Source: Candidatus Magasanikbacteria bacterium GW2011_GWC2_37_14 (GTDB lineage Bacteria > Patescibacteriota > Patescibacteriia > Magasanikbacterales > UBA922). Taken from it: a stretch of 64,000 nucleotides of DNA. The position numbers were made by a program, and so were the translations under genes. This document shows positions 37,102-47,581 of the stretch, in pieces. Each line of letters starts with the position of its first letter. The stretch's first letter is position 1. Where the stretch lies: positions 4,584 through 68,583 of the forward strand of contig LBSX01000005.1 of NCBI GenBank assembly GCA_000990355.1, read 5' to 3'. The notes under the pieces were generated by a model. The model was given only the letters and a program-made list of their open reading frames with translations, ran no database searches and was not told the origin of the DNA.

Positions 37102-37463
37102 AATGATTTTTCGGTAGAGGAGGAAATATTATTGAAAGGATCATTAAAATTAGTTGAGGTTGTTGTTTGAATTTTTTCTTGCCAAATTTTTTCTACCTTT
37201 TCAAATTTTGTAAAATCAATTACTTCTAATGAAGAGAGCCCGCTTTTGGCAATAATTATTTCTTCGGCTTGGCCAATAGTAAGAAAAATATTTTGATAAA
37301 TAAATAAACACCCTAAAATTGTGGCTAAGCCCAAAAGAGTGAAAACCGAAATATTTATTAAGCGTAATTTTAAAAATTGTTGGTATTCTGGTGAATGATA
37401 AGTTTTTTCTTGTTGGTGTTTGGATTGTAATTTATTTAGTAGCCACATAAATAATAGCATCAA
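37098..37463 (-). CDS. small membrane protein of pilus operon (hypothetical)
   Basis: single TM, overlaps pilO end. Confidence 0.3.
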   Translation of the reverse strand: MMLLFMWLLNKLQSKHQQEKTYHSPEYQQFLKLRLINISVFTLLGLATILGCLFIYQNIFLTIGQAEEIIIAKSGLSSLEVIDFTKFEKVEKIWQEKIQTTTSTNFNDPFNNISSSTEKSL

Positions 37464-38013
37464 AACGCAAATTAATTGGATTTACTTCGTTTTCTATTTG
37501 GTTTTTCCTTTTTTCAAAATTTATATTTTCAATAATTACATAATAAGGAAGTTCTTCTAAATCTTTTAAATAAGCCAAATGATCTAAAAATGTTCCTTCG
37601 TTTAAAAATGAAAGACGGTAATAAACAGGGAAGATGCGGGCATCTTTGTTTTTGCTTTCTGTATTTATTTTGGTTTCATCCACCAAGTTTAAGTTCATTG
37701 TTTGATTAATATTGTGAGAATTGGCAATTTTTTCTAAAGTGGTAATTAAATCGATTTCTTCTCCTGGTTTAACAAAAACTTGTTCCATTTGGGTGGTAAC
37801 TTGTTTAATTTGGTTTAGTTCTTTTAAAGATTTTTTAAGTTTTTGGGTTTTTTGATAACGTTCTTCAAGTTGTCCCTGAATGGTATTAATTTCATTTTTT
37901 AATTTTAAAATATCTTTAATGCTAGGGTAAACAATGAAAATAATAATAACAATCAAAACTAAACCAATTGAGGCATTGGCAATTAAGATTTTTTGTTTGA
38001 GGTTTAAGGTCAT
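37432..38013 (-). CDS. pilO: type IV pilus assembly protein PilO-like
   Basis: N-terminal TM + coiled coil, position after pilN. Confidence 0.5.
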   Translation of the reverse strand: MTLNLKQKILIANASIGLVLIVIIIFIVYPSIKDILKLKNEINTIQGQLEERYQKTQKLKKSLKELNQIKQVTTQMEQVFVKPGEEIDLITTLEKIANSHNINQTMNLNLVDETKINTESKNKDARIFPVYYRLSFLNEGTFLDHLAYLKDLEELPYYVIIENINFEKRKNQIENEVNPINLRFDAIIYVATK

Positions 38014-38016
38014 AGC

Positions 38017-38547
38017 TTATTTTAGGAGGACAACCAAAGAAAACAATAAATTAGTTTTTTCGGTTAATTGACTGGGGGGGATATCGGCTGTTTGTAAAAA
38101 GGGAATAGTAATTAATTGATTTTTAAGATTTATTAGGTCTTCTCTGGTAAGAGCTGTGCCTTGTAAAGTAAGTTTTTTATTTTTTTGGTCCAAACTTAAA
38201 TTTTGTAAGGTAATATTTTGAGGAATTTTTTCACTAATAATAACTATTTTGTTACTCCAGGAATAATATTCATTTTGGATTTTTTCTACTTTGTTTATTG
38301 TTTGGTTTATTTTTTTAATGTCTAGATTAGTTTCGGAATAGTGACTGCTAATAGAAATAATTTGTTCAGCAATTTTGTTGAAATAATCTTCTAAAATCCA
38401 TTGTCCACCTAAGAGAGTAATTCCACAGAGACTGATAATAATTAAAATTATTTCTAATAAATTTTTTATAAATTGAAAATTAACCATTCTTTTTAAATGT
38501 TGAGCTTTTTCTGGTGAAAGTAAATTTAAGCGGTGGGGGAACATCAT
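38017..38547 (-). CDS. pilN: type IV pilus assembly protein PilN-like
   Basis: RLNLLSPE N-terminus, single TM, follows pilM. Confidence 0.55.
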   Translation of the reverse strand: MMFPHRLNLLSPEKAQHLKRMVNFQFIKNLLEIILIIISLCGITLLGGQWILEDYFNKIAEQIISISSHYSETNLDIKKINQTINKVEKIQNEYYSWSNKIVIISEKIPQNITLQNLSLDQKNKKLTLQGTALTREDLINLKNQLITIPFLQTADIPPSQLTEKTNLLFSLVVLLK

Positions 38548-38553
38548 ATTCTA

Positions 38554-39660
38554 TTATAAAACATCTTTGGTATAAAAAGGATTGTCGGCAGCGCGTAGTG
38601 CCAAACCAATGGCTGTGGCGCAACCCAAAGATTCCTGATAATTTATTTTTGGTTCTTTTTTTGAAAAAAGATTTTTCCAAGGATGTCCAGGGCTGGCAAT
38701 AACTTTAAGGCGTTTGGAAATGGTTTTATCAAGCATGGCCATATTGGAACCACCACCACACATGGTAATGCGGGTGATTTTGTTGGCTTCGGGAAAGTGA
38801 GAATAATAAAATTGGAAAGAATCTTCTAAATAATCTATTAATTTGTCTGTCATTTCGAGCATTATATTCCAAGCTTTACCAGTGTGATTTTGAAAACTTA
38901 AGCCTTTTTCAATTTTTATTTTTTCGGCTTCTTCTTGAGTAATGTGTAGTTGTTGGGCAATGGCTGTAGTAATTATTTCTCCGGAAAATGGTAAAGAAGT
39001 AGAAAATTGAATAATGTCGTGGTCATAAACAATAAAACTTGAGCGGGTAGCACCTAAATCTAATAGGCCCCGGGCCTCTTGCTCGTATTCTTTGTTGGCA
39101 GTGATCATGGAGCGGGCTATTGATAAAGCTTCAACTTCTAAGGCCACCACGCCTAAGCCTAAACTTTCTAATAAATAAGTGTAATTATCGGCAATTCTTT
39201 TAGGCACAGCACCAATTAAAATTCTAGTTTTTTCTTCGGAATTTTCTTGGTCGGGCATTATTTGCCATTGGATATAATAACTACCATCGTCGTCATAAGG
39301 AATATGTTTTTTGGCTAAATTTTTGATATCATCTTCAAATAATTCTTTGGCAGGAGTGTTGGTTTTTATTAATTTTATAAAGCTCTGTGTTTCGGGCAAA
39401 GCAACTACTACCCAAGGACTGGTGATGGGTTTTTCATCGCCCCGGCCTTTTAAAAGACGCATGATTCGTCGGCGTACTTCTTCTGGTTTTTCTAATTCAC
39501 CATTTACAATTAGTCCCGGTGGTAGTTCAATACTACGGTAGTTTTTTAAATTATAAGTAGGCTTGCTGTTGAAGAAAGATTGGTTTTCTATTTGGATGAG
39601 TTTTATACTTAAATCACCAATATCTAGTCCAAAGGCGCCAGGAAAAGGATTGTTGAACAT
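38554..39660 (-). CDS. pilM: type IV pilus assembly ATPase-fold protein PilM
   Basis: GLDIGDLSIKLIQ actin-like fold N-terminus, 368 aa. Confidence 0.8.
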   Translation of the reverse strand: MFNNPFPGAFGLDIGDLSIKLIQIENQSFFNSKPTYNLKNYRSIELPPGLIVNGELEKPEEVRRRIMRLLKGRGDEKPITSPWVVVALPETQSFIKLIKTNTPAKELFEDDIKNLAKKHIPYDDDGSYYIQWQIMPDQENSEEKTRILIGAVPKRIADNYTYLLESLGLGVVALEVEALSIARSMITANKEYEQEARGLLDLGATRSSFIVYDHDIIQFSTSLPFSGEIITTAIAQQLHITQEEAEKIKIEKGLSFQNHTGKAWNIMLEMTDKLIDYLEDSFQFYYSHFPEANKITRITMCGGGSNMAMLDKTISKRLKVIASPGHPWKNLFSKKEPKINYQESLGCATAIGLALRAADNPFYTKDVL

Positions 39661-39717
39661 AAAAGAAGCTTAACTAAAGCTTCTTTATTATAGCAGAAAA
39701 ATAATGTTTTGGCGACA

Positions 39718-40839
39718 CTAAAAACTTTGTACCAAAGTATACATGGGCATAATTACTGCTACTGCCATGCCAGCCACAGCTACACCTAAAACCAAAATAA
39801 TTACTGGTTCAATTATTTGGGTAAAGTTTTTCATGGTTTTGTCTACCTCTTTACTATAAAAGTTTGCTAGTTCGTTTAATAATTGGTCAATTTCTCCAGT
39901 ACGTTCACCAACCATAATCATCTCAGTGACCATTGGTGGAAAAAGATTGCTGTGGGTGCCAAGAATTTCGGAAAGTGGGGTGCCAGTTTTTATTTTTTCA
40001 GCGGCTTCGTGTAAAGCTTTTTTGTATAAAACATTACCACAAGTTTCGGCAGTAATGTCGGTGGCGTCAACAATTGGAATAGTACTTTTTAAAAGAGAGG
40101 AAAGAGTAAGTGAAAATCTAGCTAAATTTATTTTTTTGATTATTGTTCCAGCGATTGGTAATTTTAAACTTATTTTGTGAACCATTTCTTTGAATTGTGG
40201 AGATTTTTTTAAACCGGTGGCAAAACTAAAAATAAATAAAAATATAAACAAGATTAAACCTATTAAATTTTTTGGCTGACTCATAAAATCAGTAATGGCC
40301 ATTAAAATTTTGGTAGCAGTGGGTAATTCTGCATCAAATTCTTTAAACATCTCAAGCATTTTTGGTAAGACTACTGTTACCATCATTACCCCAATACCAC
40401 TCATAGCAAACAAAATAACTGCTGGATAAATCATCGCTCCGCGAATGCTGGACATTAATTCTTGAGTTTTTTGCATCTGAATAACTATTTGGTTTAGAGA
40501 TTCTTCCAATTTACCAGAAATTTCTCCCGAGGCAATCATTTTTACATAAATTGGTGGAAAGACTTTGGGATATTCGGCTAGTACTTCACTAAATTGGCGT
40601 CCTTCTTCTACCCCAGCTTTTATTTGGCCAATAACTTTTTTTAGTTTTTTATTTTCTAGTTCTTTGTTTAGTACTTCCAAAGATTCGGTTAAAGACAAAC
40701 CGGCATGAATCATGGTACGGATATGATCAATAAAAAATATTTTTTGGACAAAAGGAACACTTGTTAGGTGATCGGTAACCCAAGCGTTAATTTTTATTTC
40801 TAGGGGTGAGAGTTTTCTTTTTTCACTCATATTATTCAC
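39718..40839 (-). CDS. pilC: type IV pilus platform protein PilC (GspF family)
   Basis: two GspF repeats, 373 aa. Confidence 0.85.
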   Translation of the reverse strand: MNNMSEKRKLSPLEIKINAWVTDHLTSVPFVQKIFFIDHIRTMIHAGLSLTESLEVLNKELENKKLKKVIGQIKAGVEEGRQFSEVLAEYPKVFPPIYVKMIASGEISGKLEESLNQIVIQMQKTQELMSSIRGAMIYPAVILFAMSGIGVMMVTVVLPKMLEMFKEFDAELPTATKILMAITDFMSQPKNLIGLILFIFLFIFSFATGLKKSPQFKEMVHKISLKLPIAGTIIKKINLARFSLTLSSLLKSTIPIVDATDITAETCGNVLYKKALHEAAEKIKTGTPLSEILGTHSNLFPPMVTEMIMVGERTGEIDQLLNELANFYSKEVDKTMKNFTQIIEPVIILVLGVAVAGMAVAVIMPMYTLVQSF

Positions 40840-42559
40840 GAGTAACTCTTAAGACTTCTTCGATTGTCGTTATTCCTTGTTTGGCTTTTACCAAACCATC
40901 TTCGAGCATGGTAATCATACCTTGTTCACGGGCGTATTTTTTTATTACATCAGCATTGGCACGTTCGTTGATTTTTTGAGCAATGTCTTTGTTTATTTCC
41001 AAAATTTCATAAATACCAATTCGGCCTTTGTGTCCGCTATTGCCACAGCGACGGCAGCCTTCGCCATGATAAAAAGTAATGCTTTCCAATTTGTCTTCTT
41101 TGCTATTTAATTTTATATTTTGTCCTTCGAACAAAGTTTTTATTTGTTTAATATCAAAAAGTTTTTCTAATTCGGCAATAGCATTTTTTTGTAATTGGTA
41201 TTCTTTTTTACAATTTTCGCAAATTTTACGTACCAATCTTTGAGCCACAATAATATTAGCGGTAAAAGCTAATAAAAATGGTGCAATTCCCATGTCTAGT
41301 AAACGTGGCAAAGTGGTTGGCGCATCATTGGTATGTAAAGTAGAGAGTACCAAGTGACCAGTCATGGCCGCATGAATAGCAATTTCGGCGGTTTCCTGAT
41401 CGCGAATTTCTCCTACCATAATAATATCTGGATCTTGGCGAAGAAATGCTCGAAGTCCAACAGCAAAAGTAAAACCAACTTGGGTATTTATCTGGCTTTG
41501 GTTAATTCCTTTTACATGGTATTCAATTGGGTCTTCAATAGTGGAAATATTTACATCGGGTTGATTTAAGATTCCGAGTAATGAATAAAGAGTAGTAGTT
41601 TTACCACTACCAGTAGGCCCAGTTACCAAAATCATACCATGTGGTTTTTCAATAGCTTGTTCTACCAATTTTCGTGGTCCTGGCAAAAATCCTAACTGGT
41701 CTAGACTTAATGGTTTTTGGCCTTCGTGGAGCAAACGCATAACAACCTTTTCACCGTCATACACTGGAATAATAGAAACACGAAAAGATAATTTTTCTTC
41801 TTGAATTTGAATTTTAAAACGGCCATCTTGGGGTTTCATGTGTTCGTCCAATTTTAAATTGGACAAAACTTTGATACGAGCAACAATTCCCCCGGCCACT
41901 GTTTTGGGCAAAGTCATGACATTTTTTAAAATACCATCCACGCGATAGCGCACAGTAACTTCTTTTTCTGTGGGTTCAATATGAATATCAGAGGCGCCTT
42001 CGTACACGGCATGCTCCAAAGTGCTGTTTACAATATTTATAATTGGCATTTCTTCGGCTGCTTTTTTTAAGTCGTTTTCGCCAATTTCTTCACTGTCTTT
42101 GAGTTGGGTAATAGAAACATCACTTTCTAAATCTGCATGATAGCGATGCAGAGCTTCTTTAATATCTGAGGGCGTGGTTAAAAAAATTTTTGGAGTAAGC
42201 GCGGTTTTACGATGTAAAAATTCAATAGTTTGGATATCTTGGGGATCGAGCATGGCCAAGTGTATTTCGGTATTGGTTTTATTAAAAGCTACCACTTGGT
42301 GAGTTTGAGCCAATGGGGCTGGTACCAAATTAAGGACTTCTTTTTTGATTTCTACCCCTTTTAAAGCAACAATTGGTACTTCAAAGATTTCTGCCGCTGC
42401 CGTATATAGTTCCATTTCGTCGACTGTACCATCGTCAAGCAAAAGTTGTTCAATATCTTTGTTTAGTTTTTTGGCTTTTTCCGCGTTAGCTTTAAAATCA
42501 GTTTCAGAAATTTTGAATTTTTTGGTTAATAATTGTTTAAGAATTTTCTCAGGTAACAT
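40832..42559 (-). CDS. pilB: type IV pilus assembly ATPase PilB (GspE family)
   Basis: VTGPTGSGKTTTLYS Walker A, Asp/His boxes, C-terminal CxxC tetracysteine. Confidence 0.9.
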   Translation of the reverse strand: MLPEKILKQLLTKKFKISETDFKANAEKAKKLNKDIEQLLLDDGTVDEMELYTAAAEIFEVPIVALKGVEIKKEVLNLVPAPLAQTHQVVAFNKTNTEIHLAMLDPQDIQTIEFLHRKTALTPKIFLTTPSDIKEALHRYHADLESDVSITQLKDSEEIGENDLKKAAEEMPIINIVNSTLEHAVYEGASDIHIEPTEKEVTVRYRVDGILKNVMTLPKTVAGGIVARIKVLSNLKLDEHMKPQDGRFKIQIQEEKLSFRVSIIPVYDGEKVVMRLLHEGQKPLSLDQLGFLPGPRKLVEQAIEKPHGMILVTGPTGSGKTTTLYSLLGILNQPDVNISTIEDPIEYHVKGINQSQINTQVGFTFAVGLRAFLRQDPDIIMVGEIRDQETAEIAIHAAMTGHLVLSTLHTNDAPTTLPRLLDMGIAPFLLAFTANIIVAQRLVRKICENCKKEYQLQKNAIAELEKLFDIKQIKTLFEGQNIKLNSKEDKLESITFYHGEGCRRCGNSGHKGRIGIYEILEINKDIAQKINERANADVIKKYAREQGMITMLEDGLVKAKQGITTIEEVLRVTRE

Positions 42560-42689
42560 AAAAAGAAAGACTAGAGATTATTTATATAAATATTATAACA
42601 TATTTATAACAAAAAGGTTAGGAAGCAAGGTTGACAAAAAAGAATTTTTGGAGTAAAAATAACTTGAACCATCACCAAGTTAGGCAATC

Positions 42690-43013
42690 ATGGACGATCT
42701 CAAGAAATTCACCCTGGATGCTTCCACGTCGGAAGCGCTCGCGCAGTCGCTCGAGGCTCTCAACAATTTCTTGCTCGGACAGAGAGTCACCCGGCGACAC
42801 TCGGTCGCCCAGGCAGGCTGGCTCTTCAAGATCCTCTTGGAGTACAGGGACAGCCCCAGCGCCAACGGGCACCCCCAACTGGCTATTGCCCGGACACTGG
42901 AAGAAGCCCAGAAACACCGGGGGCTGGGGAAGTCGGTGGATCTCTATCTCCACCAGGCCACCCCCGCCAGCGAGGTCATGGAGTTCTACTTCGTCTGGCA
43001 CATCGTCCGCTAG
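42690..43013 (+). CDS. hypothetical 107-aa protein on a high-GC (about 60%) islet
   Basis: GC3-rich codon usage consistent with real coding in a high-GC donor; candidate TTGACA-17-TAAAAA promoter in adjacent AT-rich DNA. Confidence 0.4.
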   Translation: MDDLKKFTLDASTSEALAQSLEALNNFLLGQRVTRRHSVAQAGWLFKILLEYRDSPSANGHPQLAIARTLEEAQKHRGLGKSVDLYLHQATPASEVMEFYFVWHIVR

Positions 43014-43201
43014 GAGGACCACCATGGTTGCTCGTTCGCCGCCGTTCTTTCACCAAGGGGGAAGCCCCCGACTGCACGATACCGGAGGAACAGTCGGGAA
43101 CAGTCGAAAGATCATCTAGAAATAGGTGGTTTTTTGTTTTTATCTTACATTGACAATTAGGTAAAATTGTGATAAAATAATATTTCAGTTATTTATAAAA
43201 T

Positions 43202-44653
43202 ATGGCCGAAGAAGTAATTTTAAGATTTGATAATTTAACTTTTGGTTATGCCGAAAAAAAGCCAATCTTGGATGAGGTAGGTTTTGGTATACACAAAAAT
43301 GCTAAAATTACTTTAATGGGCCAAAATGGTGCGGGAAAAAGTACAATTTTTAAATTAATTAAAGGTGAATTAAAACCAACAAAAGGCAATGTTTTTATTA
43401 CCAATAATGCCACCATTGCCACTGCTTCTCAGGTAATTGGTCGTGAAGATCTTAATTTAACTTTGGCACAATATTTTTCCAAAGCTTTCACACCAGTGCC
43501 AGGAAATATTAAAAGCCAAATAAACAAAGTAATGATTGCGGTAAATTTGACTGTGCCCTTGGACAGAAAAGTAGGGGAATTATCGGGTGGGCAACAAGCA
43601 CGAATTTTATTAGCTTTTGCTTTAATCCAAAATCCCGATATTTTGTTATTGGATGAACCAACAAATAATTTGGATAAAGATGGCATTGATCATTTAATAC
43701 AATTTTTGGTAATGTACGAAAAAACCGTGTTGGTAATTTCTCATGATGCTGATTTTTTGAATTGTTTTACCGAAGGAGTAATTTATTTGGATGTTTTTAC
43801 CAAAAAAGTGGAAACTTATGTTGGTGATTATTATTCGGTAGTAGAAGAAATACAAAATCGTATTGAACGCGAAATAAAAAAGAATGCGCAATTGGAAAAA
43901 GAAATTTTGGACAACAAAGAAAAGGTAAACTTTTTTGCTCACAAAGGTGGCAAGATGCGCAAACTAGCTAGTAAATTAAAGGAAGAAGTACAAGAAATGG
44001 AAGAAAATAAAGTAGAAGTACGGCGTGAAGACAAAACTATTCGGGAATTTAGTATTCCAGCGCAGGGAATTGTGGGGGATATTGTAACTATCAAATCGGT
44101 AAAAATAATTAAAAATCATGAACCAGTGGTAAAAGAAGTAGAGATTGTTTTACGACAAAAAGACAGGCTTTTGATTTCTGGACCAAACGGCATTGGCAAG
44201 AGTACACTACTCCGAAATTTGGTAAATAAAGAAAGTGAGGGCGCAACTATTTTGGAAAATACGCGCGTGGGTTATTATAGTCAAGATTTTGCTACCTTGG
44301 ATTATGAGCAAACTGTATTTGATTCTTTGCAAAGTGTTTTGGCCGATGGACTAGACATCCAGCAAATGCGCGCAATTGCTGCGGGTTTTTTGATTACCGG
44401 TGAACTAATGGGTTTAAAAATTTCGCATTTATCCGAAGGACAAAAAGGTTTGTTGTCTTTTGCTCGTTTGGTATCCATGAAACCTGGCCTTTTGATTTTG
44501 GATGAGCCAACTAACCATATTAATTTTCGTCATATACAAATAATTGCCCAGGCGATAAATAATTTTGAGGGAGCAATTATTTTGATTAGTCATATGCCAG
44601 ATTTTGTAAAAGAGATTAAATTTAACCAAGAATTGGATTTGGGCAGGTTTTAA
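43202..44653 (+). CDS. ABC-F family ATPase (tandem ABC domains)
   Basis: two Walker A (GQNGAGKST, GPNGIGKST) and two LSGGQ signatures, no TM domain. Confidence 0.85.
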   Translation: MAEEVILRFDNLTFGYAEKKPILDEVGFGIHKNAKITLMGQNGAGKSTIFKLIKGELKPTKGNVFITNNATIATASQVIGREDLNLTLAQYFSKAFTPVPGNIKSQINKVMIAVNLTVPLDRKVGELSGGQQARILLAFALIQNPDILLLDEPTNNLDKDGIDHLIQFLVMYEKTVLVISHDADFLNCFTEGVIYLDVFTKKVETYVGDYYSVVEEIQNRIEREIKKNAQLEKEILDNKEKVNFFAHKGGKMRKLASKLKEEVQEMEENKVEVRREDKTIREFSIPAQGIVGDIVTIKSVKIIKNHEPVVKEVEIVLRQKDRLLISGPNGIGKSTLLRNLVNKESEGATILENTRVGYYSQDFATLDYEQTVFDSLQSVLADGLDIQQMRAIAAGFLITGELMGLKISHLSEGQKGLLSFARLVSMKPGLLILDEPTNHINFRHIQIIAQAINNFEGAIILISHMPDFVKEIKFNQELDLGRF

Positions 44654-44683
44654 TTGTTTTGTAAAAATTAGTTATAAGTTATT

Positions 44684-45097
44684 ATGTCTCTAGTTTTTAA
44701 AAAACAAATTCCCGAATCAGAAATTAAATTTACTTTTGCCCGGTCATCTGGCGCGGGTGGGCAAAATGTAAATAAAACTTCTACCAAAGTTGTTTTGCGT
44801 TGGCAAGTGGGCAACTCAGCAGTTTTTAATTATGCCGAAAAAAATAGAATCAGAAACAAATTAGTTGGCCGATTAAATAGTCTTGATGAAATAGTTATCA
44901 CAGCAGAAGAAGAAAGATCACAAATTCAAAATCGTCTTCAAGCTATTGCTCGTTTGCAAACATTGGTAAATATTGCCTTACTCGTACCCAAAAAACGTCG
45001 GCCAACCAAACCAACTTATTCTTCCAAACTCAAAAGATTGGCAGGCAAAAAACAACATTCCAAACTTAAAGAAGGAAGACGGGTGGTGGGGGAATAG
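44684..45097 (+). CDS. arfB: peptidyl-tRNA hydrolase ArfB (GGQ-domain ribosome rescue factor)
   Basis: SSGAGGQNVNK GGQ motif, basic C-terminal tail. Confidence 0.8.
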   Translation: MSLVFKKQIPESEIKFTFARSSGAGGQNVNKTSTKVVLRWQVGNSAVFNYAEKNRIRNKLVGRLNSLDEIVITAEEERSQIQNRLQAIARLQTLVNIALLVPKKRRPTKPTYSSKLKRLAGKKQHSKLKEGRRVVGE

Positions 45098-45142
45098 CAG
45101 AGTGGAGCGGAATGTGATAGAATGTAAGAAAAAGAATGTTTT

Positions 45143-46852
45143 ATGCTTCAAGAAACAGCATTAGAAATTTTAAAAACCGGTGCCAATGTTTTTTTAACGG
45201 GTGAGCCAGGCTCGGGCAAAACACATACCATTAATCGGTATGTTTCTTATTTGCGTGCACGAGGAATTGAGCCAGCCGTTACCGCTTCTACGGGCATTGC
45301 GGCCACGCATTTGGGTGGCATGACCATTCATTCTTGGAGCGGGCTGGGAATTAAAACCAGATTAAGCAAATACGAATTAGACAAGTTGGCTTTTACTGAA
45401 TATTTAAATAAACGCATTAGCCGAGCTAAAGTTTTGATTATTGACGAAATTTCTATGCTTGGGCCAGAAATGGTGGCTACAGTAGAGGCAGTTTGCCGAG
45501 AAATAAAAGATAACACCTTGCCTTTTGGGGGACTGCAAGTTATTTTTGTGGGTGATTTTTTTCAATTGCCACCAGTGGTGAGAAATAAAGAAAATAATGA
45601 CGAACAAGAAAAATTGTTTAATGAACCAAAGTCACGTTTTGCTTTTCATTCTTCGGTTTGGAACCAAGCTAATTTATTTATTTGTTATTTAACCGAACAA
45701 TTTCGTCAAGATGATGATAAATTTTTGGAAGTTTTGTCGGCTATTCGGCATAATGTTTTTAATGATCAACATTTACAGCATTTAATTAAACGTCAGACCG
45801 AAGCACACCTGGCGCCAAAAGGCGTACCGAAATTATTTTCACACAATGTGAATGTAGATAAAGTAAATGAAGAAGAATTGGCAAAAATTTCTGGAGAAGA
45901 AAAAGAATTTATTGCTCATTCATATGGAGCTAGGCCCTTGGTAGAAACTTTGCAAAAAGGTTGTTTGTCGCCCGAACGACTTTGTTTAAAAATTGGGGCA
46001 GTAGTAATGTTTACCAAAAATAATTTGCGTGAAGGTTTTGTAAATGGTACTTTGGGTCGTGTGGAAAGTTTTGGTAAGGGCAGTAACCAGCCAATTGTGC
46101 GCACTAAAGATGGCAAAAGAATTGAAGTAACACCAATGGATTGGACGATTGAAGAAAATGGACGTCTTAAAGCGTCAATTACTCAATTTCCTTTACGTTT
46201 GGCTTGGGCCATTACTGTACACAAAAGCCAAGGCATGAGTTTGGATGAAGCAGTAATGGATTTGAGTGCTGTTTTTGAATATGGCCAGGGTTATGTGGCC
46301 TTGTCGCGTGTGCGTCGTTTAACAGGTCTACATCTTTTGGGTTGGAATGAGCAAACTTTTCAAGTGCACCCCGAAGTTTTACTTAAAGATAAGGCAATGC
46401 GTTTGGATTCCGAGGTAATAGAAAATGCTTTTATTAGTATGTTACCCGAAGAATTAAAAACTATGCAAAGAAATTTTATTTTGGCTTCGGGAGGCAGAGA
46501 AAATGCAGAAGAGATAACAGAAAAAGTTAAAAAAAATAATAAAAAAGGAGAGACGCACAATGAAACATTAAAATTATGGCAGAGTGGCAAAAAAATTGCC
46601 GAAATTGCCAAAGAACGTGGGCTTACGGAACAAACAATTTTAAGTCACATTGAAAAATTAGTTACAAAAGGAAAGATTAATCGAGCAGATTTAAAATCAT
46701 TAATTTCCGCACCATTATTGCACGCTTTGCCACGTATTCAAGAAGTTTTTGCGAAATTGGGTACAGAAAAATTAGCCCCAGTTTTTGCCAGGTTTGGTGG
46801 AGAGTATTCTTACAATGATTTGCGTTTGGCTAGGATGATGTCTGAAAGGTAG
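45143..46852 (+). CDS. PIF1/RecD-like SF1B DNA helicase with C-terminal HTH
   Basis: GEPGSGKTH Walker A, VLIIDEISM Walker B, VHKSQGMS motif. Confidence 0.75.
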   Translation: MLQETALEILKTGANVFLTGEPGSGKTHTINRYVSYLRARGIEPAVTASTGIAATHLGGMTIHSWSGLGIKTRLSKYELDKLAFTEYLNKRISRAKVLIIDEISMLGPEMVATVEAVCREIKDNTLPFGGLQVIFVGDFFQLPPVVRNKENNDEQEKLFNEPKSRFAFHSSVWNQANLFICYLTEQFRQDDDKFLEVLSAIRHNVFNDQHLQHLIKRQTEAHLAPKGVPKLFSHNVNVDKVNEEELAKISGEEKEFIAHSYGARPLVETLQKGCLSPERLCLKIGAVVMFTKNNLREGFVNGTLGRVESFGKGSNQPIVRTKDGKRIEVTPMDWTIEENGRLKASITQFPLRLAWAITVHKSQGMSLDEAVMDLSAVFEYGQGYVALSRVRRLTGLHLLGWNEQTFQVHPEVLLKDKAMRLDSEVIENAFISMLPEELKTMQRNFILASGGRENAEEITEKVKKNNKKGETHNETLKLWQSGKKIAEIAKERGLTEQTILSHIEKLVTKGKINRADLKSLISAPLLHALPRIQEVFAKLGTEKLAPVFARFGGEYSYNDLRLARMMSER

Positions 46853-46873
46853 ACAAAAGCGATGTTTAGGGGG

Positions 46874-46904
46874 TTGACAGATTCATTTTATTTTGTTATT
46901 ATAA
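46874..46904 (+). promoter_or_regulatory. sigma70-like promoter TTGACA-17-TATTAT(AAT) upstream of rpsF
   Basis: consensus -35 and -10. Confidence 0.5.
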
Positions 46905-46970
46905 TGAAGCTCCAGAAGCAAATTTTATAAGTCCTGGTCGATCGGGACAAAGAAATTTTTTAAGTAAATT

Positions 46971-47552
46971 ATGAAAAAATACGAATTATTAGTTGTTTTT
47001 CCAGGTACTTTGGCAGAAAATGAAGTAAATGCCGAGGCGGAAAAAGTAAAAGCTGTGGTAACCGAAAATGGCGGTGTTGAATTTGAGATGGGCGAAATAG
47101 AAAAAAGACGTTTAGCTTATCCTATTAAACACATTCGTTATGGTTATTTTCAATTAGCCTTTTTTTCGGCTGATACTGTACAAGTAAAAATCATTGAAAA
47201 TAAATTTCGTTTGATGTCCGAATTATTACGAGCAGTAATAAGACAGCAAAATGTTAAAGCAAACAAAAAAATTAATTTTGGTGCTTTGATAATTGGCGAA
47301 GACAACAAGCGATCAGAAACTGAAAATGAACCAATACATTACAATCAGCCAGTTGCTTCTGTAGTAACAGAAGAAAAGGTGGTGCAAGAAGAAAAGAAAG
47401 TAGAAGTAATTGTTTCCGAAGAACAACAAAAATTAGCAGCAGCTCCAGTAAAAAAAGCTAGTGCCAAAAAAGAAGAAAAGAAAAAAATTAATTTGGATGA
47501 TATTGATAAAAAATTGGATGAGATTTTGGACATTGGTTTGGATAATGTATAA
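46971..47552 (+). CDS. rpsF: 30S ribosomal protein S6 with long acidic/basic C-terminal extension
   Basis: MKKYELLVVFPG S6 N-terminus; rpsF-ssb-rpsR order. Confidence 0.85.
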   Translation: MKKYELLVVFPGTLAENEVNAEAEKVKAVVTENGGVEFEMGEIEKRRLAYPIKHIRYGYFQLAFFSADTVQVKIIENKFRLMSELLRAVIRQQNVKANKKINFGALIIGEDNKRSETENEPIHYNQPVASVVTEEKVVQEEKKVEVIVSEEQQKLAAAPVKKASAKKEEKKKINLDDIDKKLDEILDIGLDNV

Positions 47553-47581
47553 TAATTACCGTAATTATTAATTTAAAATAT

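Noticed and set aside
42631-43119. Overlapping ORFs in all frames (162 aa, 117 aa, 61 aa) over the high-GC islet
   Set aside because: Typical spurious open frames in high-GC DNA (R/S/P/G-rich, low complexity). Only the 107-aa ATG-initiated frame with GC3-biased codons is retained.
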